Sequence record: NC_061442.1
Reading direction: 5' to 3' (one strand)
Length of the DNA stretch: 64,000 nt
The notes below the pieces were generated by a model, which was not told the DNA's origin, made no database searches, and saw nothing but the letters and a program-made list of their open reading frames with translations. A program made the translations under genes and the position numbers. Positions within the stretch are counted from its first letter, which is position 1, and every line of letters begins with the position of its first letter. Positions 9,036 through 18,746 of the stretch are shown in pieces.

Positions 9036-10295
9036 ATGGCACGTGGATTTGGTGACATTCAGGACAACAGCAAACGTGATAGTCTGCGTGAGTCCGAAAT
9101 CTTTGAAATCTTCCCGCTCTCAAAGAAAGCAAACGGTAACTGGGTATCAATTCGCCTGTTAGATCTCGACCTGCTTCCAATCAAGAAGCACTGGATCAAG
9201 ATCATGGGCGGCAAAGACAAAGATAAAGAAATCAAAATCCCGCGCATGTGCGTTAACTTCGATCCGGATAATCAGGGTAAGCCTCTGAACGGTATGAAGT
9301 GCCCGTACTGCGGTATTGCACACGGCAACGACGAATCTGGTGCGCCAGCGCAGTATGACTATAAGTGGTATGCGCAAGCGATCATCCGTGACGAACAGGC
9401 CGCTGCGCCACGTAAAATGCCAAAGCTCACGAAGAAAGAGCAGAAGTCCGGCAAGAAAGAAATGGGTAGCGAGTCTTGGACTCCTATCATGTGTATTCCT
9501 CTGTCTAACTCTCTGGCCGGTAAGATCAAAGAGCTGGGTGAGCGTAATATTCACACGGTGAAAGACAAGAAATCCGGCAAGAAGTCCAAGCAGGCGTTTC
9601 AGGTCAACCATCCGAAGTACGGTTGTGATATCGAAATCAAATACAACCCGAAAAAATCCCCTGCTGAACGTTACACAATCGAACGTGGCGATCACACACC
9701 ACTGACCGGCGACGAGAAAGAATATCTGACCTGGGACTTCGATAACTGGAACGAGATCTACGATATGCTCGGCCGTCTGAACGAAGAAGCTGCTATGGCT
9801 GACTTCAAGAAGATGGACGTTATCGGCGTTAACACCAACGACTCTGACGATGGTGACGACGAGGACGATGATGACGACATGGCGCTGGGCAGTAAGAAGA
9901 AAGGCGGCAAGGCAGACAAGAAAAAACGTCGCAGCGATGATGACGATGACGATGGTGACGAGGATGATGAAGACGAAGACGATCATCGTCCGTCTAAGTC
10001 TAAAAAGTCCAAGCCGACCAAGTCTCGCAAAATGCTGGATGACGACGAAGATGACGATGACGACGAAGACGATGATCGTCCGTCTAAGTCTAAAAAGTCC
10101 AAGAAGTCCAGCAAAACCTCTAAGTCGTCCAAGAAGTCTAAGAAGTCAGATGATGACGAAGACGAAGACGACAAGCCAGCGAAGAAGAAAAAGAAATCTT
10201 CTGATAAGGTAAAATCGTCCGATAAGAAGAAGAAGAAAAAGTCTTCTGATGATGACGACGACAAGCCTGCGAAAAAGAAAAAGAAGAAAAAGTAA
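9036..10295 (+). CDS. single-stranded DNA-binding protein (T4 gp32-like) with long D/K/S tail
   Basis: SIRLL...KHW...MCV...KCPYC...WYAQAIIRD...GCDIEIKY pattern typical of gp32-like SSBs; lies between sigma and recA. Confidence 0.65.
   Translation: MARGFGDIQDNSKRDSLRESEIFEIFPLSKKANGNWVSIRLLDLDLLPIKKHWIKIMGGKDKDKEIKIPRMCVNFDPDNQGKPLNGMKCPYCGIAHGNDESGAPAQYDYKWYAQAIIRDEQAAAPRKMPKLTKKEQKSGKKEMGSESWTPIMCIPLSNSLAGKIKELGERNIHTVKDKKSGKKSKQAFQVNHPKYGCDIEIKYNPKKSPAERYTIERGDHTPLTGDEKEYLTWDFDNWNEIYDMLGRLNEEAAMADFKKMDVIGVNTNDSDDGDDEDDDDDMALGSKKKGGKADKKKRRSDDDDDDGDEDDEDEDDHRPSKSKKSKPTKSRKMLDDDEDDDDDEDDDRPSKSKKSKKSSKTSKSSKKSKKSDDDEDEDDKPAKKKKKSSDKVKSSDKKKKKKSSDDDDDKPAKKKKKKK
9972..10103 (+). repeat. 42-nt direct repeat (9972-10013 and 10062-10103, one mismatch) in the SSB tail
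   Basis: GACGAAGACGAT(C/G)ATCGTCCGTCTAAGTCTAAAAAGTCCAAG. Confidence 0.9.
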
Positions 10296-10305
10296 TTCGT
10301 GTCTC

Positions 10306-10332
10306 GGGGTAGCTTAGGCTGCCCCTTCTTCT
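10306..10332 (+). terminator. hairpin terminator after the SSB gene
   Basis: GGGGTAGC-TTAG-GCTGCCCC followed by TTCTTCT. Confidence 0.6.
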
Positions 10333-10353
10333 CTCAATCTGGACTATCCCACA

Positions 10354-12888
10354 ATGGCGAAAGCGAACAACAAGGCCGAGAAAAAGGCCGAGAAGAAAGC
10401 TAAAGTTAAAGCTAAGAAAGGTAAAGCAGAAGCAGTAGCGTCCGACGATGTTGGTGGCGTAGAACTGCTGGGCTTTGACCTTGCAAGTCTGATGGACGAT
10501 GTGCTTGACGGCATCGAAAAGAAAACGAAAGTAAGCTCGCAAGATGCGGCGCGACATGCACCACGTATTTCGACTGGTTGCCTTGCGCTTGATATGTACC
10601 TGTCTGGCGGTATCGTACCTGGCGGCTGGTATACGTTCAGCGGAGGCGAGCAGTCCTGTAAGTCTACAATGACCATGAGTATCATGGCGAGTCTGATTCG
10701 TCTGAAATACTCTGGCATTAGCGTAGTGTTCGACTACGAAGGTTCGACCGATGCAGAGTACGTTGCTGGTCAGTTGAAAACGTTTGGCGTTAAGGTCGAC
10801 CCGAAAACTATCTTCGGTGTGCGTGACGACAAAGACGGTAGCTGGATTGTTAAGCCTCAGATTCGTTACTACGCACCAGACAACGGTGAGCGCTTCTTCG
10901 ACTACATGTCCATGTTGCGTCGTCGCCTGCCTGACAAGATCGTTGAGAAAGACGGCACCGCGTACTACATCTTTGAGAACAACAAAGAGAACGCGAAGAA
11001 GGTTGCTGGCAAGTACGATAAGAAATGGTTCAGTCGTAACAACCAGTTCAAAGTGCCTGCGAACGATGGTCACATGCAGGCGATGGTTATCGTTGACTCC
11101 TATCCAGCGATGATGCCGGATCAGGTCGATGACGATGATGGTTCGAAAGCAATGGCGTTGCAAGCGCGTATGTTCTCTGACGGCATCAAACGTTTCCGTG
11201 GCGGTATGCGTCGTAAGATGATGACTATCGTTGGCGTTAACCAGTTGCGTCAGAAACCTGCTGTGATGTTCGGTAGCCCTGAGTATGAGCCTGGCGGCGA
11301 TGCGTTGAAGTTCTATTGCTTCGACAAAGACACTCTGATTCGTACCGACCACGGTGTGTTGACAGCGCCTCAGATCAAAGCGCTGTTGGACGCTGGTACA
11401 GAAGTCTCTGTAGAATCGTTCGACGGTTATCAGAAAATCAATGGCGCGTGGCTTGTTGACGACGCACCGTTCCCGTTCGAACTGAACGCTGGTGGTCATG
11501 TGTACGTAGGCTCGGCAGAACATCGCCAGTTCACGCTTATGCACGACCTGACTGCCGAAGGTACTCCTGTACTGCGTCCTGAGTGGAACACGCTCAATCA
11601 ACTGGCCCAGCATCCAGAAGCGCAAGGTCAGTACGCTGCTTTACGTGTACCACCTGTTAAGGAACTGAAAGAGAAAGTTCCTGATGCCTTTGATGAAGCC
11701 TCACAACTGGTGCGTAACTTACTCGGCAACTGCGATCCTGTCAGCAAGCAACTGCCTCTTGTTACTCAAGGCGAAACAACGTATGCTGCGAACTGCCTGT
11801 TCATAGACATGGTAGGCGAAGATACCGACACTGGTTCGTTCTCGTTCTGGGTAGAGAAGCTACTGGCTATCGGTATCTATGCTTATGCAGATGAAACTGG
11901 TATCTGGATTCCTGGCCTGAACAAACACGAACTGGAAGCGGCTGTAGAGCAGGACGAACTCGGTGCGTTTGCCGGTATCAGTTTTGAAGCGACCTGCCGT
12001 CAACGTCAGACTCAAATGCTGACCGTGATTGTCGATCACTTCCCTGAGTTGGTACGTTACGTTCTGGACTATCAGTTGCAGACAGGTGAAGACAAAATCT
12101 ATCTGGCGCCTGAGAACGACTTCGCACAAGCGCTTGATCTGATTCTGCATAAAGAGATCGCTGGCTACGATGACATGTATGACCTGCTGATGTTCCAGCT
12201 GGCGTATGTTGATGACTGGTACAACTTCGACTCTGCAATTCTGCCTGTGCCGTTTACGCTTCGTGCGCTCGACGAACAGCGTGAGTTCTGGGATGTGAAC
12301 GTTGAGGAAACTGCGGTAGTTATTACCAACGGCTTCGTCAGTCATAATAGTGATGTGCGTGTGCGTCTGGCCTCTCGTGCAGTACCTGAAGGTTGGCCGA
12401 AGCTGAAAGACGCTCCAGGCATCGTCGGTGAGAAGTCTGTTACCGTCGAAGGTGGTACTGACCGTTATCGCTTCATCGCTGCTAAGACCATCAAGAACAA
12501 GATGGGCGGCATCCCGAACCAACAGACGTGGTTACGTTTGTGGGAAGCTGATGGTAACGGCGAAGCGCGAGGATTTGACCCAGTGTTCGATACGTGGCAT
12601 TACCTGAAAACTCTCGGTCTGGTTAACGGCACCCGTAAGTCGTTCAAACTGAAAGCACCGTGCCCGCTCGCATCTGATGTTAAGATGGACTGGGATGACT
12701 TCCGTACTCTTATCAACGGCAGCAAAGAACAAGTTGTCGGCGTGTGTAAGAAACTGAAAGTCAAACCATCAGGCCTGCGTTTGTGGTGCTTCAAGTTCGT
12801 TCAGTCTGTCAAAGGTAACGACATGCTGAAAGCTGCTATCAGTAGGTCTGCCAAGAAGTCTGATGACGACGACGGCGACGACGAGTAA
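10354..12888 (+). CDS. recA: RecA/UvsX recombinase containing an intein
   Basis: ISTGCLALD, Walker A GGEQSCKST, VIVDS, ALQARMFS, VNQLRQK, PGGDALKFY|SDVR, KTIKNK. Confidence 0.92.
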   Translation: MAKANNKAEKKAEKKAKVKAKKGKAEAVASDDVGGVELLGFDLASLMDDVLDGIEKKTKVSSQDAARHAPRISTGCLALDMYLSGGIVPGGWYTFSGGEQSCKSTMTMSIMASLIRLKYSGISVVFDYEGSTDAEYVAGQLKTFGVKVDPKTIFGVRDDKDGSWIVKPQIRYYAPDNGERFFDYMSMLRRRLPDKIVEKDGTAYYIFENNKENAKKVAGKYDKKWFSRNNQFKVPANDGHMQAMVIVDSYPAMMPDQVDDDDGSKAMALQARMFSDGIKRFRGGMRRKMMTIVGVNQLRQKPAVMFGSPEYEPGGDALKFYCFDKDTLIRTDHGVLTAPQIKALLDAGTEVSVESFDGYQKINGAWLVDDAPFPFELNAGGHVYVGSAEHRQFTLMHDLTAEGTPVLRPEWNTLNQLAQHPEAQGQYAALRVPPVKELKEKVPDAFDEASQLVRNLLGNCDPVSKQLPLVTQGETTYAANCLFIDMVGEDTDTGSFSFWVEKLLAIGIYAYADETGIWIPGLNKHELEAAVEQDELGAFAGISFEATCRQRQTQMLTVIVDHFPELVRYVLDYQLQTGEDKIYLAPENDFAQALDLILHKEIAGYDDMYDLLMFQLAYVDDWYNFDSAILPVPFTLRALDEQREFWDVNVEETAVVITNGFVSHNSDVRVRLASRAVPEGWPKLKDAPGIVGEKSVTVEGGTDRYRFIAAKTIKNKMGGIPNQQTWLRLWEADGNGEARGFDPVFDTWHYLKTLGLVNGTRKSFKLKAPCPLASDVKMDWDDFRTLINGSKEQVVGVCKKLKVKPSGLRLWCFKFVQSVKGNDMLKAAISRSAKKSDDDDGDDE
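11317..12348 (+). mobile_element. intein (344 aa) in RecA at KFY/S
   Basis: Starts CFDKDTLIRTDHG (block A), has WDVNVE (block F), ends GFVSHN followed by Ser; removal restores GGDALKFYSDVR. Confidence 0.9.
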
Positions 12889-12931
12889 TCCCTGGGCGGG
12901 CTTCGGCCTGCTCTCCTTTCTGGAGAAAGAA

Positions 12932-13360
12932 ATGCGTACTCAAATCTACACCGCTGATATCGTTAATCTGGAGACCGTTGTCGTTGATGACGAAGGTCAA
13001 GAGACACGTAGCCCGACAATCGTTCCTAATCTCGAAGGCGAACGTGACCTGACTGTTAGCACTCTCGGTACAATCATGGCTACCGTGACTGCTGAACCAA
13101 ACGCTGATGCGCGCATGATCGTTCTGGTATCTCGCGCTCTGGTTCCTGCTTTCGCAGACCCTGAAGGTGACCTGTTCGATATCTTCGACCCAATCGAACG
13201 TGTTGCTGATGTTGTTGCTGGGAACGTCGGTAGCGTTCTCGGTATGCAGGTAGTAATCAACGATAAGTCAGACGACAACGTTCTGGCCATCGCTGATGTT
13301 CTCGACAATGAAGCTGGCGTTATCATTCGTACCTACGGCGCTGCTATCATTCGCGTTTAA
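12932..13360 (+). CDS. hypothetical protein
   Basis: GGAG SD; codon usage like the highly expressed core genes. Confidence 0.75.
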   Translation: MRTQIYTADIVNLETVVVDDEGQETRSPTIVPNLEGERDLTVSTLGTIMATVTAEPNADARMIVLVSRALVPAFADPEGDLFDIFDPIERVADVVAGNVGSVLGMQVVINDKSDDNVLAIADVLDNEAGVIIRTYGAAIIRV

Positions 13361-13465
13361 GTAAACCCTGTGCGGGAGAATGCCCTCTCGCACAATCCCT
13401 CTCTCGATAGGCAATAAGCCACGAGAAAACAAATCACTCGATAGGCAATACGCCAGGAGTAATGT

Positions 13466-14167
13466 ATGAAAAAGATTCAACACGTAGTTCTTCCGACCGA
13501 TGCACTCAACGGACTCATTCATGGTTATTATCACCACAGCAAAGGTACGGACGAATTTTGCAAGTCACTGTTCTACATTGACGTGACTGATCGTAGCGCC
13601 TCAGATGCGCTATACTCTATTCTCAAACGAGACAGGACCTCAGGCATTGTTCCTATGGGTTACGATAGTCAAAAAGATGCGCGAGGCCACACTTCTCCTG
13701 CGTCTTTGGCGGTTGTACTGTCTAACAATTTACTGCATCTGGATGACAAGAAAATGTCCAGAGGCATTTTAACCATCTTCTCCGCTCTGGCTAGAACCAC
13801 GCACACCAACAACACACAAATAACTGTGTATGGGGAGCCGGGCGTAGACAAAATTCTAAACATAGTGCGTAGCGTTGGCTACAAGGACTATATTGAGGGT
13901 GAAGGTGCAGATGTTGTGCTTGGCGAATTTGATCTTGAGTCAAACATGACTATAGACCATTTCGTTCACATGGCTATCGAGCCTAAGTTCGAAGACGCTA
14001 TCCGCAACTCGCCTGCGACGGAGTTTAAACTGGGAGCAAACTTTATGTTCATGCACCCAGACGAGCTGGATAAGGTTGTCCGCATGATTCGCCGTTGCAG
14101 TAAGATCTGCATCATGCACCCTGACATCCATCGCTATTACTTTGAGAACGTAATCTGTAAATACTGA
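13466..14167 (+). CDS. hypothetical protein
   Basis: AGGAG SD; 233 aa. Confidence 0.75.
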   Translation: MKKIQHVVLPTDALNGLIHGYYHHSKGTDEFCKSLFYIDVTDRSASDALYSILKRDRTSGIVPMGYDSQKDARGHTSPASLAVVLSNNLLHLDDKKMSRGILTIFSALARTTHTNNTQITVYGEPGVDKILNIVRSVGYKDYIEGEGADVVLGEFDLESNMTIDHFVHMAIEPKFEDAIRNSPATEFKLGANFMFMHPDELDKVVRMIRRCSKICIMHPDIHRYYFENVICKY

Positions 14168-14215
14168 TCAACAACCGAACACATTGCTGTGTGTAGTCTA
14201 GCCCGACTTGGGCAG

Positions 14216-14246
14216 GGGAGAGCCGGATGGCCTCCCCATTTTTTTT
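14216..14246 (+). terminator. Rho-independent terminator-like hairpin
   Basis: GGGGAG-AGCC-GGAT-GGC-CTCCCC followed by ATTTTTTTT. Confidence 0.65.
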
Positions 14247-14269
14247 ATCTACGGCAGCAGGAGAACAGC

Positions 14270-15259
14270 ATGTCCAAAACGACTCCTCAAATCTTCCTCG
14301 ACCTGTTTATCAAAGACGTTAGAATCTTTTTGCCTAAGTTCGACAAAGGTCTGGACGCGTACTTCTTGAAGTGCAAAGGCAAACCTGGAAACTTTGGCGT
14401 AGCGATACATCAATACTTGAAGTGGCTGAGTCCTATAGCAAAGCATCCAGAGAACCCAAGCAAACTCTCTATTACTATATCGGGTTACCTGCATTACTTT
14501 TGGCAATTGTCTAAACCAAACTTTGTGTTTGAATCGACACTGGTTAATCACTTGGCGGACTCTGAATTGCCAGATAGGCTGCCGACAGAGATCTTGCAGA
14601 AACTCCCTTACTGGTGTCAGTGGGTAACATTGCCTATACATCTGGAGAATGCGTTCAGGACATTGCATCTTGACTTCGATGGTGCTTTTGTTGGGTACTC
14701 TCAGATCAACAATAGGCCTGTACTTGTTTTATGTGCTCCATTTGCTCCAGGTGATGAAAGCATCAAGTCAAATAACTTCACACCGTCTGTAACGTCATTC
14801 GTATATCTGGACGAACCTGTCGACCCTTGGTCAATGCTAAAGAACATGCACCTGTTAAATCTGGTTGATACTCTTGAGGACCCAGACTTTCGGGAACTGA
14901 TGTTCAGCGTATACCACTACCTAACAAAAGTTATGTGTTGTGTGATGTACATCTGTTCGCAGCAGGAAGCGTTATATACAGAAGGTCATACTCAGCCCAA
15001 GCCTCAACGTTTAGGCAAGAGCTATCGTATCACTCCGCCTAAGTCAGATCGCATGATCAATATAGGTTCGGAGATGATGCAGATTATCAAGGACTTCGAA
15101 TCAGAAGTCGAAACGTGTACTCGCGCTTTTAACGGACGCAAACCGCACCTGAGAAAAGCGCACTACCACCACTTCTGGACGGGACCGAAAGCTGGACATC
15201 GTAAGCTCGTTTGCAAGTGGTTGCCGCCAAGCGTTGTTCGAGGCACATCGCCTGAGTGA
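14270..15259 (+). CDS. AcrVA2/FinQ-family-like protein
   Basis: ELPDRLPTEILQKLPYWCQWV and C-terminal KPHLRKAHYHHFWTG...KWLPPSVV; AGGAG SD before ATG 14270. Family match is from recalled sequence. Confidence 0.7.
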   Translation: MSKTTPQIFLDLFIKDVRIFLPKFDKGLDAYFLKCKGKPGNFGVAIHQYLKWLSPIAKHPENPSKLSITISGYLHYFWQLSKPNFVFESTLVNHLADSELPDRLPTEILQKLPYWCQWVTLPIHLENAFRTLHLDFDGAFVGYSQINNRPVLVLCAPFAPGDESIKSNNFTPSVTSFVYLDEPVDPWSMLKNMHLLNLVDTLEDPDFRELMFSVYHYLTKVMCCVMYICSQQEALYTEGHTQPKPQRLGKSYRITPPKSDRMINIGSEMMQIIKDFESEVETCTRAFNGRKPHLRKAHYHHFWTGPKAGHRKLVCKWLPPSVVRGTSPE

Positions 15260-15304
15260 CGTAAATCAATACTCCACGTATGGGCGTTATGCCCGGAGGC
15301 TATT

Positions 15305-16072
15305 ATGAAATCTCGTGTACAACATGCGTATATTCCTGATATGGAATCGTTTGACCCTTACGTCCGTTCTCTGTGCCATATGGCGCGAGCACTGGACACA
15401 CCGAACTCTAACTACGGTAAGTTGAAACGTGTCGTGATCATTGGTACGTCGAAGCGCGTGGTCGAAGCCTACGTTAAGCAGTTACTCAACACAAACAACC
15501 TGCCACACACTCTCATTTGTTTTGGTGTAGACGAATCGCCTATCAGCCACAGAGACTATTCCTATGCTGGCGCCCACGTTGTGCTGATGCACGATCTGAC
15601 TTACGTTGATAGTGGTACAATGGGCAAGGTTGCCGCTCGCGTCCTAGAAATCATAGACAGCCTAAAACAGAAAGAAGGCGACACTGAACTCAAAAACAGC
15701 GAGCTGTCTTTGGTCTACTCGAACCCGCACCTGTGGTCTGCTATTCTTGACTACGGCGCTGCTTCATTCATGAACACGGCGGGCCGCAACATTGAATACC
15801 GTAGCGGTTTGGTTTCATCTATCGGTCTTGACGCGTTGATGAAATGCGAAAGCAACCAACAATACCACGAGCTTCGTGCCGAAACGATTACTATAGGCCT
15901 GGAGTTCTTCTGCATACACACGGACTACCTGCTATCCAAAGTACATAATCTGTTGTGGTCACTCTCGTGTGATGATTGCAAGTTCAAAAAGAATCACCGC
16001 ATCATCTTCCATGAAGACTTTCGTCGTTTATTCTTCGAAGAATACATCCTAAGAGACTTCAAGGGCTTTTAA
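15305..16072 (+). CDS. hypothetical protein
   Basis: GGAGG SD; 255 aa. Confidence 0.72.
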   Translation: MKSRVQHAYIPDMESFDPYVRSLCHMARALDTPNSNYGKLKRVVIIGTSKRVVEAYVKQLLNTNNLPHTLICFGVDESPISHRDYSYAGAHVVLMHDLTYVDSGTMGKVAARVLEIIDSLKQKEGDTELKNSELSLVYSNPHLWSAILDYGAASFMNTAGRNIEYRSGLVSSIGLDALMKCESNQQYHELRAETITIGLEFFCIHTDYLLSKVHNLLWSLSCDDCKFKKNHRIIFHEDFRRLFFEEYILRDFKGF

Positions 16073-16508
16073 GAATATTCTTAGCCTGCTCTCTAATTTC
16101 AATATGTTGGCAAGTAGTGCTGACATATCGTTATTGGAGAATAACATGTGCGGACGTAGCCTCGTTAGGTTGAAGTACCTCGCACGGTCATCGAACTGGT
16201 GCAATAATAAAGTAAACGCTTGTAGTGAGCGGAAGGCGAAGAATGTGCAATGTGAGGAATTTTTGGCAGCGACCAAGAATTGCCGCAGCGAACAGAAGTC
16301 GTCCAGTGTAGTTTCTTTCTTCAAAGGTCATGAGCTTGTTGGTCAGGCTATATGGCATGAGATTGAAGGAGACAGCACACTTCAATTCCGGTTGCTACTT
16401 GCTTAACGACAGAGGGCCTTTCAGATTAACATCTGGTGGGCCCTTTCTTCTTTATATGCTAATTTTCTCCTGTCATTAACACACAAACCTACTTCGGGGT
16501 ATAACACT

Positions 16509-18581
16509 ATGTCTTTGATTAAAATCGAAGGCGTCCAATCATTGTCTGCGCCCACCAAAGCTCAGAAAGACGCCGCTGTTTATATGTTTGGCTCCAAGGG
16601 CCATTCAATCGTTGCTGTGCTTGACAAGTTCAGCCGTGCGAAAGAAGTGCGCACCGCACACATCGACGGTCTGCTAAAGCTGATGAAAGATGGAGACGAT
16701 GAAGAAATCATCAAGTTCACCGCATCTGCTCCTGGTAAGAAAACCATCGCGGCTGCGAAGCAATTCGCTGTAGCAAAAACACTGGCCGCCAGCATCAAAG
16801 CACTGAAACTTGTGCGCGTTCCGATGAAGTGGATAGATGGTCACTCTGATGCCGCTGCTGCTCGTATTACCGAGACAAAAGAAATCCGCGCGCGTAAGAC
16901 TGCTGGCAATCGACCTGAGAAGCCAATCAAGCTCGACAACCCACACGCGCCAGAAGCCACCGTAGTGACGCAGACGGATTCAAATTCTCCTCTCAGCAGA
17001 ATCTACACTCTGCCTAAATCAGTTGCTGGCTATGGCTATGCGCTTACTCCTCAGTGGAAAGCAATCATCGTCGCAGCAAACGAAGCGCTTAAAGGCATGT
17101 TTGTTCTCAAGTGGGCTAAGTCCGAAGGCTGTCCTCAGATCATACCAGTAGGCAAAGGCTATCGCTCAATTCCTAACGCTTACTTGGGCGCTGCTGTTGC
17201 TGATAATAGCTGGCATCTGTATGCAGTCGCTCCTTCTGATAAGAAAGGCTCAGGTATTGAAGGCCGCATGATCGGTAACAAGCTGACCATGGCTTCTGTT
17301 GCAGCATTCATGCGTGACGTTATGGCACAGCAAGGCTCACCTCAGACCGCAGCAATCAACAAGATGATCGCTGGCGCTACTGTGTTCGATAAAGAAGTTG
17401 TTATCACCGAAGCAAATAACCCTGACCTGAAAGCAATTGGTGACGTCAAACGTGCGCAGGACGCAGAGGGTACAGCTAAAGGTGCGATCAACTCTGTTAC
17501 TAAAATCACCCCGACCAACGTGTCTAAGATCACACGCGGCGCACAGGTCAAGATCGAGCAACAACTGGATAGTAAATTGAGCGGTGTGTTGGGTAATGCG
17601 CAGTTCCGTGAAAAGGGTACCTATCTGGCACTTGACGGTTACCTGTTTGAAATGAGCGCGCCAGAGTCATACAAAGGCGTAGCGAAGCTGGCCAGCTATG
17701 CGGTCATTCCACCTCAGACCAAAACAGGTCTGGCAGGTAAGAACTGGCGCGTAAGTGCGTTGAAGATTGGTCGTGCTTCCGCTGCTGATATCATTGATAT
17801 CGGGCCTAAGTTCTCTTTGGCTAAAGTCAAGTCGGCTGTACGTCAACTTGCTGGTGCCGCTGAATCTACCGTGTACACGCCGTCAGGTAAAACCGACATC
17901 GCGCTGGTGGACGAACTCGCAGAAATCCCTGCACGTAAGATCTCTGCTAAGCCTTTGCAGGCGCGTGAAGAATATTTCAATGCACTGCGCACGGTACTAC
18001 AGAACAATCTGCCTAAGCGTGAAGTGTCTGCCACCTCTACCGGTGTTGTGATCGGTGGTAGCAAGCTGCATACCTTACGTCTAGATAACAACACATGGAC
18101 GTTGCAGACTGGTGTAACAGGCAAGACGAAGAAAGTCGGATCTACGTTCGATATCGTTGATCTTTTGGCGCTGGTGGACAAGGGTATTCTGCGCCCAAAG
18201 CCTGAAGGCGGCTCTACGACCATTCGTAAGCAGCCGCCTTTCTTTGACCGCGTAACAAAAGACGCCAAGACAGGTGAGTACCGTACTATCATTCAGGCTA
18301 ACGAGAACCAAGCGTATCAGGTTGCCGTGAAGCGTGAAGGAGATACGTTCGTGTTCACCTCTCCTGTGTATCCTGCTGTCCAGCGTTTCGTAACACAGGG
18401 TATGACAGAGGCTGACGTTATGTGGGAGACGTTCACAGGCAAGAGCGTGACCTTCTCCAAAGAAGACGCTGATAAGTTTGAGAAGTGGCTAAAGTCAATT
18501 CGTAAAACTCAGTCTCTGACCAGCAATTATCTGTTCCCTGCGATTGCACCAACACGCAGTGGTGGCGGTATGAGTATGTAA
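16509..18581 (+). CDS. large Lys/Ala-rich protein with about three divergent internal repeats
   Basis: 690 aa, flanked by terminator hairpins on both sides. Confidence 0.8.
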   Translation: MSLIKIEGVQSLSAPTKAQKDAAVYMFGSKGHSIVAVLDKFSRAKEVRTAHIDGLLKLMKDGDDEEIIKFTASAPGKKTIAAAKQFAVAKTLAASIKALKLVRVPMKWIDGHSDAAAARITETKEIRARKTAGNRPEKPIKLDNPHAPEATVVTQTDSNSPLSRIYTLPKSVAGYGYALTPQWKAIIVAANEALKGMFVLKWAKSEGCPQIIPVGKGYRSIPNAYLGAAVADNSWHLYAVAPSDKKGSGIEGRMIGNKLTMASVAAFMRDVMAQQGSPQTAAINKMIAGATVFDKEVVITEANNPDLKAIGDVKRAQDAEGTAKGAINSVTKITPTNVSKITRGAQVKIEQQLDSKLSGVLGNAQFREKGTYLALDGYLFEMSAPESYKGVAKLASYAVIPPQTKTGLAGKNWRVSALKIGRASAADIIDIGPKFSLAKVKSAVRQLAGAAESTVYTPSGKTDIALVDELAEIPARKISAKPLQAREEYFNALRTVLQNNLPKREVSATSTGVVIGGSKLHTLRLDNNTWTLQTGVTGKTKKVGSTFDIVDLLALVDKGILRPKPEGGSTTIRKQPPFFDRVTKDAKTGEYRTIIQANENQAYQVAVKREGDTFVFTSPVYPAVQRFVTQGMTEADVMWETFTGKSVTFSKEDADKFEKWLKSIRKTQSLTSNYLFPAIAPTRSGGGMSM

Positions 18582-18586
18582 CAAAA

Positions 18587-18611
18587 GGGGTGGCTTCGGC
18601 TGCCCCTTTTT
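18587..18611 (+). terminator. Rho-independent terminator
   Basis: GGGGTGGC-TTCG-GCTGCCCC-TTTTT. Confidence 0.85.
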
Positions 18612-18644
18612 GCGTCTATATGCGCCTGAAAGCTGACTAACTCT

Positions 18645-18697
18645 GCATATAATAGGTTGAAATAGCGGTGTACGCATATCAGTCAAAATGATACAAT
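18645..18697 (+). promoter_or_regulatory. conserved phage promoter, copy 1
   Basis: GCATATAATAGGTTGAAAT ... TGATACAAT; GG to -10 = 37 nt. Confidence 0.78.
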
Positions 18698-18746
18698 ATA
18701 GTCTCTAGCGCAATAACGCGCATAACACTGCCGAGGGGCAAAAACA

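Noticed and set aside
10138-11625. Long minus-strand ORFs (495 aa here; also 9159-9986, 11860-12522, 31236-31907, 34976-35662, 58769-59398 and others)
   Set aside because: They lie antisense to well-supported + strand genes, have no motifs or RBS, and are explained by codon-bias shadows
12932-13360. Capsid-fold fragment (GNVGSVLGMQVVIN resembles an HK97 A-domain strand)
   Set aside because: A single short motif in a 142-aa protein is not enough without a profile or structure search
16049-16406. ORFs in the gap before the 690-aa gene (16049-16324 minus, 16104-16406 plus, 16188-16385 minus)
   Set aside because: Three overlapping candidates with no convincing RBS or motif; I could not choose between them, so none is called
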